DNA of 55,750 nt, filler included, from Callorhinchus milii (lineage: Eukaryota), in assembly GCF_018977255.1 (NCBI RefSeq). It is 2 parts of 2 records of this genome, joined end to end, with 100 filler letters (N's around TTAATTAATTAA, not from the genome) between each part and the next. Parts side by side here need not be neighbours in the genome. Positions count along the whole stretch, not along the records: positions 1 to 27,846 come from NW_024705685.1; 1 more part is not named here. The stretch is one strand, 5' to 3'. The position numbers were made by a program, and so were the translations under genes. The notes under the pieces were generated by a model. That model was not told the DNA's origin and did no database searches. It saw nothing but the letters and a program-made list of their open reading frames with translations. Position 1 is the stretch's first letter, and the number at the start of each line of letters is the position of its first letter. Below, piece after piece: positions 1-13,000 of this stretch.

Positions 1-906
1 ACCACCTCTCCCGTGCCTCCAACCACAAACACCACCACCACCTCTCCCGTGCCTCCAACCACAAACACCACCACCACCTCTCCCGTGCCTCCAACCACAA
101 ACACCACCACCACCTCTCCCGTGCCTCCAACCACAAACACCACCACCACCTCTCCCGTGCCTCCAACCACAAACACCACCACCACCTCTCCCGTGCCTCC
201 AACCACAAACACCACCACCACCTCTCCCGTGCCTCCAACCACAAACACCACCACCACCTCTCCGTGCCTCCAACCACAAACACCACCACCACCTCTCCCG
301 TGCCTCCAACCACAAACACCACCACCACCTCTCCCGTGCCTCCAACCACAAACACCACCACCACCTCTCCCGTGCCTCCAACCACAAACACCACCACCAC
401 CTCTCCCGTGCCTCCAACCACAAACACCACCACCACCTCTCCCGTGCCTCCAACCACAAACACCACCACCACCTCTCCCGTGCCTCCAACCACAAACACC
501 ACCACCACCTCTCCCGTGCCTCCAACCACAAACACCACCACCACCTCTCCCGTGCCTCCAACCACAAACACCACCACCACCTCTCCCGTGCCTCCAACCA
601 CAAACACCACCACCACCTCTCCCGTGCCTCCAACCACAAACACCACCACCACCTCTCCCGTGCCTCCAACACCAAACACCACCACCACCTCTCCCGTGCC
701 TCCAACCACAAACACCACCACCACCTCTCCCGTGCCTCCAACCACAAACACCACCACCACCTCTCCCGTGCCTCCAACCACAAACACCACCACCACCTCT
801 CCCGTGCCTCCAACCACAAACACCACCACCACCTCTCCCGTGCCTCCAACCACAAACACCACCACCACCTCTCCCGTGCCTCCAACCACAAACACCACCA
901 CCACCT
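1..906. repeat. 36-bp tandem minisatellite (unit CCTCTCCCGTGCCTCCAACCACAAACACCACCACCA), about 25 copies
   Basis: Near-perfect head-to-tail copies from the window start to ~906, with one 1-nt deletion near 262 and one variant unit near 670. Confidence 0.97.
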
Positions 907-999
907 GCTGCTGCTGTCGCGGTCTCCGCGTGCGCCGCGGCTCCCCCCCTCCCGCTCCTGGCCCCTCCCCCTCGTCCCTCCTCCTCCCGCTCGCGACGT

Positions 1000-1330
1000 G
1001 GGGTGGACTCAGCCCCGCCCCCGCGGCCCCCCTCCGCCCCCCGGCCCCCCCCTCCGCCCCCGCGTCCCCCCGCCCATTGCAAGAATGGCGGGAAGCGGAC
1101 GCGGGGCCTACCGCGCGCCGCCTCTCGCGTGATTGGCTCGCTTCGCGTCACGTGGGGAGGACGGAAGAAGAGTAGGGGGAGGGGCTGTGCGGTTAGGGGA
1201 GGGGCTGTGGCGTCACGTGGTGCGAAATGATTGACAGGAAGTGCGGGCAGGGAAGGCTGTTACGTCATAGTGTACGTCACATCCGGTGATGACGCCTCGA
1301 TAAATGACACGCCCCTTCGTGACGTGCCTC
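1000..1330 (+). promoter_or_regulatory. CpG-rich promoter-like region
   Basis: GC box at 1013-1020, inverted CCAAT (ATTGG 1132-1136), two GTCACGTGG E-box/ATF sites (1147-1155, 1212-1220), GGAAG ETS-like cores and several TGACG/CGTCA half-CRE sites (1261-1326), just upstream of ATG 1372. Confidence 0.55.
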
Positions 1331-1371
1331 ACACTTGCTTCTGTCCCGCGTGCCGTCAACACGAGCTGAGC

Positions 1372-2056
1372 ATGGCGCTGCTGATCGTTGGCGTTCTGGT
1401 CTTGACCCTGTTTGGTGTGGGGATCTTCATTTGTCTTCTTTTGACGCTTTCCATCCATCTCAGACGTTGACCGCGAGACCACAGCGCTGCAAACGGAGAG
1501 GATGGGCCTGCAGAATGCGGAGCTCTGTCAGAAGAACCAGATGCTCCGTCTGAAGCTACAGCATCAGCAGGAGGAGTTGATGGAGAATCGAGAGACTCTC
1601 CAGAGAGAGAACAGGGGCCTGGATCAACAGCTTAAAGAGCGCCAGTTGGAGCTGGAGTCCACGAGAGGGCCTTGCTGGGAGCGCAAGTCTCTCCCTGCGG
1701 CTTTTCTCCGAGACTGCAATGCAGCGCAGCGGAAAATGTCCTGCGCCGTAAAAACGAAGATTTCCGTAGGTCGCTGCGCACCCACCTGAGTGAGTTGAAC
1801 TTCCTGAATCCGCAGAGAGGGCAGGAACAGTTTAGGCTGCGTGGGAAGCTGGTGCGTAACGAGGATATGTGGCATGGGGAAGAGGAGTGGCTGCACGAAG
1901 AGAACCTGCATCTCAGTAGCCAGCTGATAGAATTGAAATGCGCCGTGTCTCAAATGTACAATGATGCTACCACCACCGACGCCACTTCCACCGCCGCTGC
2001 CACAGCTTCAACCACCGCAACCGTTTCCACCACCACTTCTGCCACCACCGCCACCA
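1372..2056 (+). CDS. Putative N-terminal transmembrane + coiled-coil protein with Thr/Ala-rich tail; frameshifted, runs into gap
   Basis: ATG 1372 gives MALLIVGVLVLTLFGVGIFICLLLTLSIHLRR (hydrophobic helix). A shifted frame continues DRETTALQTERMGLQNAELCQKNQMLRLKLQHQQEELMENRETLQRENRGLDQQLKERQLELE (heptad, E/Q/L-rich). A further shift gives ENVLRRKNEDFRRSL...LHEENLHLSSQLIELKCAVSQMYNDATTTDATST. No family recognised. Confidence 0.45.
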
Positions 2057-2086
2057 NNNNNNNNNNNNNNNNNNNNNNNNNNNNNN
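2057..2086. other. Assembly gap (30 N)
   Basis: Run of N. Confidence 0.99.
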
Positions 2087-5000
2087 AGCAGAATCTCTAC
2101 TTCAAAAGAATCGCGGCTTGATGGGGGTCGAACTCGTCGGCAACAGATACGATCGCTTGCCCTATTCCTAGAATTCTGGCCTTTAGTTGCACGCTCATGT
2201 TACCCTTGAGTGCAGATGCCACCACCCGCGAGCGACAGTATCGCATCCTCATGCGCCAACACAATGTCTACCTCAAATACGATTCAACGTGACAGTCAGT
2301 TCCCAACTATTATAAACTTTTGTAGTCGCCCGACCGTCGGTAGGTCCGAAGTCCCTTAATACGTCGGAGGCGTACTGTTTTACTTGACAAAAGGGCTGGA
2401 CTGAGTTGCCGTGACGGTACCACGAGTTTACGTTATAATTTCCGCCAGTGGTCTCCGGCGCACGCACGCTACGCTCGCCCTACCGATAAGAGCACTAGGG
2501 TACGCTGAAGACATTAGTTCGCTGAAGAGATAGGGCCCATATCAAGGCAGCTATAGATATATGGCCAAAGGTGCGTCGGCACGCTATTATAGAATTAGGA
2601 TCTCGACTGCGGTCAGTAAAACGCTTGTTTGGTGGTTTGAACCTTAGAGGGAGCGAGCTCACGTTCGTGAAGCGTTCCCGGCGGGAGAACGTGAAGATTC
2701 GGATGGATGTTAAGCTCTTGCTATAAGCAGATAGGGGGCGCCAAGTTCGGAACCCTGTCCAGCCTGAGTAGGCCATGCAAGGGTTAATATAGGCAAGCGT
2801 ATAACAAGAAGCGGGTAATGGTCGCTTTACCGGCCCCAGAGTGAGGATTAGCTGAAGAAGTGAATCGTTTGATATGAAGGTTGGGTGTGATCCCGTATCC
2901 GGAGCAAGTCTACATCCGCGGCCCCTGAAGAAGAATGACCCCGTCTTAGCTATACCGTTCTGCCAAAGTTGATGTGAACTCACTGGCGAATTTCTAAAGA
3001 TTCATACCGTCGTCCTCAGCCCCAGATTTGACGAGATAGCGTACCCAATCGGGATGGAGCCTACCCGTGTCACCCTCTTGACCATACTTGTAGAACGTGG
3101 TATTAGGATTATAAAGTACCCGAAGACGACTGGCTCCCAGGATCGTATCCAGTTTAAGAAGAAATTACATACGTAGGCCTTTGTCGCTAATGACAAATTG
3201 TCAGACCTCCAGAGAGCCAAACAAATCAGGTCATTATTACCTAGCGAGGCACGACTCTGGTCGTATCTACTTAGTGTAGAGGATCAAGATCGCTAGCGCT
3301 TCAATATCTCCATTTGTTGAAGCCCTACGGGAGCTTGATCGCCCACTAGATAACGCGTAAACAGTGTAATGAGATGAGACCTCTTACGGCTGAGCTTAAT
3401 AAGGCTGAATTGGTTCTTGTTGAGATTGTAAAATTCGATCTGAGGACACGGAGCCAGGCTAGTCCGGGACGGGAGACAATGGTCGATATCCAGAGTGAGT
3501 AGACTGGACCATCAACTGAGTTCACTGCTAGGCCAACCTCTTACGGCGCAGACAATTCATCCTTGATCTTAGCGCTGGTCGTAATGAGTAGCCACCAATA
3601 TCATAGAGATAGCGTAGCGGCCTCACATAATCTTATGGAGAATATGTCGCGTGGGAACAGGATGATGTCGGGGTTTGATAATCCCTTATACATTCTTGAC
3701 TGAGCTGAACTCTCACGGTATTAGTGAGGTCGGCGGCTCTGTCACGGTTCGAGAATAGCTATCGATACACGGATGTCAGAGAATACTCGACGTGGGGGGA
3801 GCTAAGTTTCCAACAAAACGTCGCGCTAGAAGGCCTAGTCTGACACCTAACACATGGATTAGAACCGCGTAAAGCAATATTCATAGCGTCGCAGGACCAC
3901 GTTTAGCGTCCTCTACCGTAGCCTTCCCCAATCGGGAATAGTGTACATTTGGTGGATATACCGTTCAAACGGACTACTCACATCCATTGTAAATCGTGTG
4001 ATATCATAGGCGCTCCAAATTGGTATGGTTGGTGCGCGCGCCAGCATTGTGCGGCTCGAAGTGTATGCTGTATCTACGGGTCCGGACACCTGACAGTTAG
4101 CCCGTGAATGCCAAAATTTCATGAATCAGCAACTGGGAAAACTGCGAAGGCTGGGCAAATACCGGATGCCGTAGATATGATTAAGGAAGACTCTTTGGCG
4201 GTGTGAAAGCGTCCCCCGAGGATGACTGTAACCTTTATAATCTGGCTCCTGCCACTCAGTGAAGCGCTGATCTAAACACAAACAAGGCGGGTCTGTAATG
4301 AAGGATCTAGATATTGTCTCACGTACCCGTTTCGTTAACCTCCTGACATAATGGTGCAGTGCCTTCCACTTCGGCACCACTCCCCAGCTTACCGATGGAG
4401 CCAGACCAAGGCGCTGGAATGGCAATTATTCCCATTATCTCTGAGCTCAATCGCATGCCCAAAGTACGGCTAGCTAGAGCAGGAAAAATTGTACACGCAC
4501 AGGCCGATGCTTCCCCGAATTCCTGTCAATACTAGAACGCAGTTCTACGCGTAGGAACAATAAGACAGCAGTGTCCGAGTATGTGTAGTGCGGCATCTCA
4601 ATGGGAGTTCTCTTAGCCTTCCGCCACTAAGGGCTACTTCAACAATAATGAACGACCTCCCACGGGTTCCGGACACTTCCATTGCGAGCACTCTTGAGTA
4701 TCTATAGCTAAAGTAATCTGGTCAATGCGATCCAAGTTCGGAGTACTTGGTCACATTCGTGACGCCGAGTGGTCAGTACTGGCCTATTACCGCTCTTCAC
4801 AACTACCCTCGTTCCACGTCTCCAAGGTTACTAGTATGCGGTGGGGTAGGAGGCCTTGAGTTACCGGGTCATTTCCTGGACGGTGTCCCGGTTCAGTCTG
4901 ACGGTATGCTGACAGCGCCCCGGGCGCGGGTCTCTCGTCTGATAAGCCTGAGTGGCGCGGTATGCCGATCCGAGGGTCATTCTTATCAATGTGTCTGCGC

Positions 5001-8000
5001 AAAGATGAATCAGCTCGTATAGATTGTCTGACCCCAGCCTTGATTAGAACCCCAGGAAGGACCCGTAATCCCTAACAACGCCAGCGGTCGAGGGACGATC
5101 ATACAAGGACTTCATTGGTGCAAGGAAAAGGACTAGGCGCGCATCAGGTACTCGTTCGACTTATTTGCATGAAGCAGCCCAGAACACGCACACCTCCATC
5201 ACAAAACAAAGAACGATCTAGCGCGAAAAAAATTCTATATGTTATCAAAGACAGTTCTGGTATGGAGTCCCTAGAGCATAGGGCTTGTGCGAGTCTATTC
5301 AAGGCTAGCAAATACGTTAAATTCCTAAAAAGAAGGGTCCACGAATCTTGGGGGCGATGTTGTCCTCGGATCTTCTAGCGTGTCCTCTTATAAGTATTGG
5401 CTATTACCTTCGCCGGCGTCCGCGGAAGTGTTAGTGTGCTAGACGGAATGCTAGTGAAATTAGCCGCCAGGAGGACTAGCAGCTATGCACCTGGTGAATG
5501 GGATCTATCGCACCGACTGTGTATGATTGTCGTGGGCTTAGCTGGATTGAAATTACGATTTCTATAGATCATTTTGCACAGATATCATCACGACTGAAGT
5601 CCTGCACTAGTACCGTACATTAAACCCCGGCTAACATTTGCTAACCGGGTATGGGGGACGTTGAAAATCCCGCCCTTACCGGATACTCTCAGACCCCTAC
5701 ATGCGAGGAAGTAATACAGTAATCCGCAAGAAGCTCTTGAGCGAGGCTAGCCGTGAGACTAGAATCGGACAGTTCTCATTTCATGATAATAATGAGTTCA
5801 CATCATATAGTGATGGGCGAGTGAAGTTAGGAATTTCCTGCAAGCTCTGCCCTGTGTTTTTGGAGGTGCTAGCTTTAACTCCCTGGACTGCTGACGGTTT
5901 TCTTGTGATCAGGCGGTACCCAGATAAGGCATATCCGGGTTCCGAGTAGCATAACCCTTACTTCAATACTTTCAAGTAGTACCTAGGCTCGTCACTGAAA
6001 TTTTTTGACTAGGAATTCATAACAACACCACAATCCTTATGGACGCTAAGAGACTCACTATACGATGTCATGTTGAAGACTGACTACGATTTAGTGCGAT
6101 TTGACGACACATAGGACGGCACAATGCCTTCTTCCATCGGTTCTATGGCCAATGGTCCTTGCAAGTATCGGGAACTCGAATCCTGTAGGCACTGCCACAG
6201 GAGTAATGTCACCCGCCTCTAGCCATTTACTATGCTCACATTATCTCACAGGACAGGGGAACACGGTGATATACGAAACATTGTTGGCTGCCCCATAGTT
6301 GAGATAGCACGAAGGTTTAGTATTAGGGGTGCGAATCACCGTAAATGTGTGAGGAGCATGCAACAGCCAGATTTACTGGTTGCCCGTCCTCGCCTTGCAG
6401 GTGGTGACCCTCACTCTGACATCTTTAGCCTAGAGGGCGGGAATGCTCCCACGATAGACAGACAGAAAGTGCACAGGTCGCATTGAAAGGAGGCATAAAA
6501 AATCCAACCCCCAACTATCATTTATCATTAGGTAGCACTCAGTCTCACACAGATTTCACCTTGCTTTGCGTTTTCAGCCAGCCCAAAGAATCACTAAACT
6601 TGATACGCAGAGATCAAAGTCGTTCATAGTCAAAAAGTCTTTGCTGTGTCTGGCACCCAATTTACGTAACTTTGCGGTTGTACGCGATGTGTAACCAGTT
6701 CACCCGTACACACATAGATTGTAACCATGGATGATTAAGATCCGTATGCGGTTATATTAAACGTTGAATAACGGCAGGCTCTCTGTTAGAAGGACACGAC
6801 GCCATTGGACTCGGCGACGCCATGCCGACGCCAGGTGAGTGATCGGAAATGCCTCGCCGTATGAGCATTTACTTCTCGACAACGCGACTTCCAAATGAGT
6901 TTCTACTGTATCTAAGACCCTCCTTGAAAGTTTTATATACTATCAAGACGAGACCTGTCGTTATTCCCATGGGCTACCGATAGAATGGTATGACACTTTA
7001 GCTGAAGCGTACAGCGTTTAACACAGGACAAGTTTGGCTTAGCCAATTTCAACCTGGATATGAAGTAATGAAGATAGCCTGTTGTTGGAAACGGTGTGGG
7101 AGCCGACCTCTGCAGTAGAAATGTCACGCGAGGTTTAGTGCTAAATGGTGTCAAACATACTATATGTAAGAACTGCGTACCCCCGTAGGCTTCACAACTG
7201 TCCTCCCGTCCTTAGAGCCGCTTTTTGAGGACAATTGGGCCATCTGAGGTTGACATAGGGCTGCTATGATGTTGAATAATTAGTCAAAAATATCTCCTCT
7301 AGTTCGGGACGTGGTTGAAGGTCAATAGCCAAGCAGGCGAAGATCGAGTGTCCAGCGATTTCTTAATGAACTAAGTGAGCCAGTTATCATTAACCGCCTT
7401 AATTATTACTGCGTACTGATTGCTGTAAGCTTGGATTAGACGAGCAAGTATCTGCAATACGCAATCAAAGGCAACGGTGCGCCAGACGCATTGGATACTC
7501 AGGAAATATAGGTGAAGTTCCGGTCAGGTGATAACTATTATATGGGTTCCATTTCAGTGTCCGTTTGTTCACACAGCGATCTAGCTGGTTTATAATCTCC
7601 CGAGCTTAGCAAAGTGAAGTAGATGAAGACCTGCGCGTGTCTGTGTCGAATCGTAGTGGCGACTCGTTAGGCATGAAATCACCAAGTTTTTCTTAGGTGG
7701 TGTAGTTCTAAGCCACTCTAGTGGACGCGTATTTTTCAGCTAAATAGGTCGCGTTTTGTAAACATTTCTCGGCAGAGATCTGCGAGAAGCCCGACCTTAG
7801 GGGTCCTCTCTCTACCTAGGACCACAACATATTGGGAAGGGTACTGAGAGCGGGGTCGATTGGCCCGACTAAGGCCACGGGTGAACAGTTCGTTAAGATG
7901 CACCCCTATGTTATTCAGAGTGCTTTGATTTATCTCCCCACACCAACAGCGTCCTAAGGACTCCGCTTTGACGGATTAGCTTGTGCCACCGCGTAATCTG

Positions 8001-9526
8001 ATTGACAATGTTTCTTGATTTACTTTTACACGTACACACTTGAGACATTATGACCGCAGGACAAGTCGGTCGGTAAGTAACATAGATTTTACGTTGAATC
8101 TCGCGCAGGGGCATAGCATACTGATTTCTGCCGGAAGATTACTGCTATTCGGGGAGCGTTGTGACGGGAGTTGGGCCGTACTTCTCTTGTTCCGCAGACT
8201 CCGGCTCAGGTTTTGTAATATGCACCGACATCTGAGGATTCGCTCGAGAAGGTAGATGGAATTAGGCCGTTCTCCATAGGCTTAGGATCATAATGCCATT
8301 TGCGACGCCGACATAGACCGTATTTTGACTACCCCACTGTTCAAACCGCGCATGGCGGCCGATGACTAAATAGTCTCGGCGCGATAAAAAAGGTCAGAGG
8401 ACATACTCACAAGGGCGATGGGCGCTCGATTAAAGAATATAACCGTTTCGACGGCTGTTTCTACGGCCGTAAGCCGGAAATGTTTCGCTGCACGATTTAA
8501 CGTCCTGTACTATACTGTAGCAATTAGGGTTTCAGCATAAGCAAACAGGCGTTGCCCTTTGTTTATGATTATAATACTGCTAAGGCTGCCGGACGGGACC
8601 ATAGTCAACCACTGACCAGGCTTCTGGTGTAGACTCAACCGTATTTTCGGGCTGGAAAGTAGGAGGTTTCGTTAAGAAAATTGCAATTGAGGGTCGTAAC
8701 AGTTCCGTGGTATCCACCTGGCTAAGACACTGCGAAAACCACAGGATTACCTAGACTAGTATTATAACTATTCGAATATGATGCATCCAACCTATAACGC
8801 CACCCCTAGCAACGACTGTGTCATAACTACCATCGCGGACAATTGACGCTAATGTGACTGGTCACCAGAACGTGCTCTACCGTCTGGAAGCTTTGAAGCT
8901 ACGAGCCCTTCTGCTGTGGGTAGACACCCGGCTTGAAGTATGCGCGACCTGCAAAAACACGGCAAATAGTTTATCAGAGGTCAATGGCGTTATGAGCAAG
9001 ATGATACCTATGCGGGATACGTACTTTCCTGCGGCTATTCGATGAGTTGGTACCCTCTCATAGTGATTTAGCACGTGATAGTCACTCGCCCGACAGGCGA
9101 CGATCCAACACGGTGTAAGTAAACAGTTGACGATTTCGATGGTTGCGGCGCCAGAAGTCTTAAATGAACTATCGCATCCCTAATACGAATTGCGCGCATG
9201 AGTCAAACCTATACTAAGGAGGCCCGTGCGTAGGAGTTAGGGGGTGTACTGAGGATTCGAACTGTTCGGACGATGCAATCAGCTAATACAATACCTCTCG
9301 GCGAACGTCATCTCAGACCGGCTCTGACCGGTGAACTGCCTCGAAGCTACTGCTAAAGACATACCCTCCCCAAGGTAACCAACTTTCTTACAGTCTAAGT
9401 TCTACGGGACCTCTTTCCCTTAGGAGAATCAGCTCTTACAATGGGCCCTCTAATTGTAATACGGTACTAGGCCCGGTGTACAGTTATACGTGGATGGGGC
9501 GACAATCTAGCGGGAAAGTGTGGTCC
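2087..9526. other. 7.4-kb featureless, random-like block (probably non-native, shuffled or synthetic sequence)
   Basis: Roughly even base composition, frequent CpG, TpA and CTAG, no microsatellites, no copy of the local repeat families, longest ORF 162 aa with no recognisable motif. It abuts an N gap on the left and replaces the expected flank of the Gypsy LTR on the right. Confidence 0.7.
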
Positions 9527-10055
9527 GTAGAGGTGTAATTGCGCATGGCTACGAATGTTGAGGTGTGATTATGCATGGCCACGGATGGCCAACAAACACA
9601 AGGGGCGGGGTTACGGCCGTACACAAGGGTGGCGCTAGCACCGACGTCCGCATGTGTATCCCCCACGGGCCCCCCTCGGGGGCGAGTCCTATAAAAGGTG
9701 ATGAGCTCGAGGGCTCGAGGTCGGGACTCAGCTTTAACCAGAGAAGACGAAGACCTGCTAGTATAGGCCCCGAGCTCCCCTGGCTCGCTGTCCTTATAAG
9801 GGCCGACCAGGGCAAGCCGGTGGCGTGGCCCCGAGAGCCCAGACGAAGCTGGTCTGGTGACTCAGGGAGCCGGGATCCCAGCTTAACCAAGCTGGGACAG
9901 ATAGCCTCCCTAGTCCCGTAGTGGAGGAATTGGTATAGGTTAGAGGGGTTAGCTGTCGAGAATCCCTGTAGCCAAGTGACCTGTACAACTGTGTTGGTGT
10001 AATAAATAAGTGTGCCTCCGATCCTGTCGTCAAGCCTCCATATATACTTACTACA
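9527..10055 (+). repeat. 5' LTR of Gypsy element 1
   Basis: Direct repeat of 15644-16177, ending ...TACTACA. TATAAAA near 9690 and AATAAA at 10001. The first T of the TG terminus is missing (9526 is C). Confidence 0.95.
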
Positions 10056-10057
10056 TC

Positions 10058-10070
10058 TGGGGTCAGAAGT
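10058..10070 (+). promoter_or_regulatory. Primer binding site, tRNA-Leu type
   Basis: TGGGGTCAGAAGT 2 nt after the LTR, one mismatch to TGGTGTCAGAAGT, the complement of the vertebrate tRNA-Leu(CAA) 3' end. Confidence 0.8.
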
Positions 10071-10082
10071 AAACGTCCAACG

Positions 10083-13000
10083 ATGGACACACGAGGGACG
10101 ACACGTACCAGGGAGTCGGAGATGGAAGACGCCGCGGCCGATTCTCCACCAGTGATGGCCGGGGTCGAATCGGAGCAGCCGGGGCCGAGTACGCCCGCGC
10201 CGCTACGACAGGAGGAGGGGGATGCGTCGGCCGAGGACTCCGGCTGGCCCACTCCCGCCTGGCGGACCTGCTCTACGCCGCGGCCGCCGCGTTGGAGGAG
10301 ATCACGCGGCTGGGGGCTGGAGGAGCAGCGCGGGTCGACGACGGCAGCCGGCGCGGGGCGACGTTTCCCGCCACCCCGACGCGGCTCGCGGTCAAATTTC
10401 CCGCCATCTCTACAGTACGAGCGGAGGGCGGGGCCGGCCCGCGTCACGTGTCTGCTGAGCGCCAAGCACAAGCCGTGACATCATCAACGCCGGCCGGCGC
10501 GTCAACATCAGAGCGACCGGCGATGCCATGTGCACGGCCCGCCCACACTGTATCATCGGCGGGGAGCGACGGAGAGCGTTCTGCGGCCACGGACGCCGCC
10601 TTACAACAGCGTCTGCCGCCTCTTAAAGAATTTGTCGGCGCTGACGGAGACTGGGGCGGCTTCAAGAGGCGGTTCATCGCTCATCAAGAGATGGCGAACT
10701 GGTCGGACGCCGAGGCTCTACGCGCGCTGCCAGCGATGCTGGACAACGACGCCCTGGCTACCCTCACCTCGGCGCCGAGGGAAAAGCGCGCCACTCTACA
10801 CCTGGCGTTGCAGCTGCTGTCAGCCGTCTATGGGCCGCCTTCGGACTGCAGGCAGCTGTTCCACGATCGGAGTCGGGGCGCCAACGAGTCACCCCTGGCC
10901 TTCCGGACGGCTCTCCTGGCTCTGGCAAAGGCTGCTTTCCCAAGGATGGACGAGGAAGGAGTGGATGCCATGGTGGCAGAGAAGCTGCTGCTACTCGCTG
11001 ACGAGCTGGACGTCAACGTCCTGGCTCAGGACGACGCGGAGATGTCGTCCCTGCTGGTCGCGCGCCACATCCACGGGGGCTTGCGGTCCCTGCGTCGGAA
11101 GGCGGCAAAGGGGGCGGCCGGCCATGCCATGGCGACCACCGCCCTCCCATCGGAGGAGGTCTGCGGGGTGGAGCGGCGAGGGAATGGAGATCGGCGGCAC
11201 CGCAGGCTCGGAATGGACCGAGCCGCCAGGAGCAGCCCAGGTCATCTGGGGCGCTCACACGCTGCTACAACTGTGGCCTGCAAGGCCACGTTGCGTCTGG
11301 ATGCCGGGCTCCCCGTCAGCGCGGGGCGACACCTCGTCAGGACGCCACGCCGTCTCCTCCCAAGCTCCAGCAGAGAAATACGGCGAGTCGCGGCACCTCA
11401 CACGTTTGGCCCACGCACACATCCGACACACACTCACGCGCTCACCTAAACAGGGCTCCAAATTCCCCGTCCGTCGCGCGCGATTGTTCGGTAATGCGGC
11501 GAGCGCTCCAACCGGGTCAGTGGTCGGAGCTCGCCCATCGTGTCGTTGCTGCGTCGGCGGGATCATCTGTCGTGGTCGGTCACATTGATGGGGTAGAGGT
11601 GCGGATTTTAATTGACACAGGGGCATCGGCGACCATTATATCTGATTTAATTTATAACATCCTTCCCGTTCAAAGTCGTCCCTTGCTCCCTGTTGACGTG
11701 CCGTGCTATGCCGCTAACGGAGGCTCTCTGGGCATTATTGGCCAAATCCGCGCCACTATCTGCATTGGGGACATTAAATTATCCGGCCCTGTTTTGGTTT
11801 CCTCCTCACTCGCGGTTCCGTGCCTGTTGGGGACGGATTTTCTGGCCAAAATGCCCATCCGAATCCTTATTGACCAAGGGTGCATTGAGCTCCCGTCGGG
11901 CCGACGCGTTACATTTCTGTCTTCCCCCACCACGGAGCGTCGGGCGTTTGCCACCGTGCAGGCGCTCGTCACAAAAACTGTGCGCGTGCCTCCGGGGGCT
12001 CAGATGCTCGTCCCTCTTAGGTTGCGTCGGTCGTTTGATGCAGGGGTTGCGGATCGGGGGGTCTTGTTGGGTCCATCTCGGGCCGGGGTCAATGGACCCG
12101 ATTTGCTCGCGGCTCAGACTATGGTGAGAGGGGATGGGGACCCCTTCATTGCAGTCCTTAATGTGGGATCGCGAACGGCCGTGGTTCCTCAAGGGACCGT
12201 GCTTGCACACGCAACGCCGGTGCCCTATGAGGAACCACTCGTGGGTCAGGTATCCACCGATCCTCCGTCGCGACCGCATTCGGACTCTGATGACGGATGG
12301 CTGGATGCGCTTTGCGCGGGTTCAGTGGACCTGTCTGACTCGCAGCGCGCGCAGCTGCGAGTTCTCCTGAGCGAATTTGCTGACGTTTTTAGTCAACACA
12401 AATTTGATATTGGTTGTACAAAATTGCTGCGACACCATATTGACACGGGTGACAGCGCGCCGATCCGCCAAAATCCCTTTCGGTTGAGTCCCGCCGAAAA
12501 GGATCATGTCAAATCGGCTGTTGATGACATGCTAGCCGCCGATATCATTTCCCCTTCCACCAGCCCGTGGGGCGCGCCGATCGTTTTGGTGAAAAAACAC
12601 GACGGCTCACTGAGATTTTGTGTTGACTTTCGGCGTCTCAACAAAATCTCTGTGGCAGATGCGTACCCGCTTCCTCGGATGGATGAGTCGCTCGACGCCT
12701 TGGCCGGTGCGCGATTCTTTTCCACCCTTGATTTGCTATCTGGATTCTGGCAGCTTCCTCTGGATGACGAATCGAAACCTAAGACTGCTTTTCGTACACC
12801 GCAGGGCCTCTTCCAATTTAACCGTTTGCCGATGGGTTTACATTCTGCGCCGGCAACTTTTCAGCGGTTAATGGAATTGGTCTTGGCAGGTTTGCAATGG
12901 GATTCGTGTTTGATTTACTTAGACGATGTCATCGTCTTTAGCAAATCCTTCGAGGAACACCTCCAGAGGTTGCGTGCTGTTTTTCTCAAAATGCGGGCTG

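Noticed and set aside
13..1230. 405-aa and 303-aa mucin-like or proline-rich ORFs
   Set aside because: They arise from a stop-free 36-bp minisatellite open in several frames; no signal peptide, splice context or synonymous variation between units.
2089..2106. CAGAATCTCTACTTCAAA (QNLYFK) resembles a TEV-site coding sequence (ENLYFQ)
   Set aside because: Two mismatches alter the key residues and no tag or vector sequence is adjacent; treated as chance.
6799..6836. Three GACGCCA copies in 40 bp
   Set aside because: Too short and irregular to be an array; compatible with chance.
2273..9074. Short ORFs (60-162 aa) in the random-like block as a possible viral or prokaryotic gene cluster
   Set aside because: Lengths and density look like chance expectation; no motifs, operon-like packing or evident codon bias.
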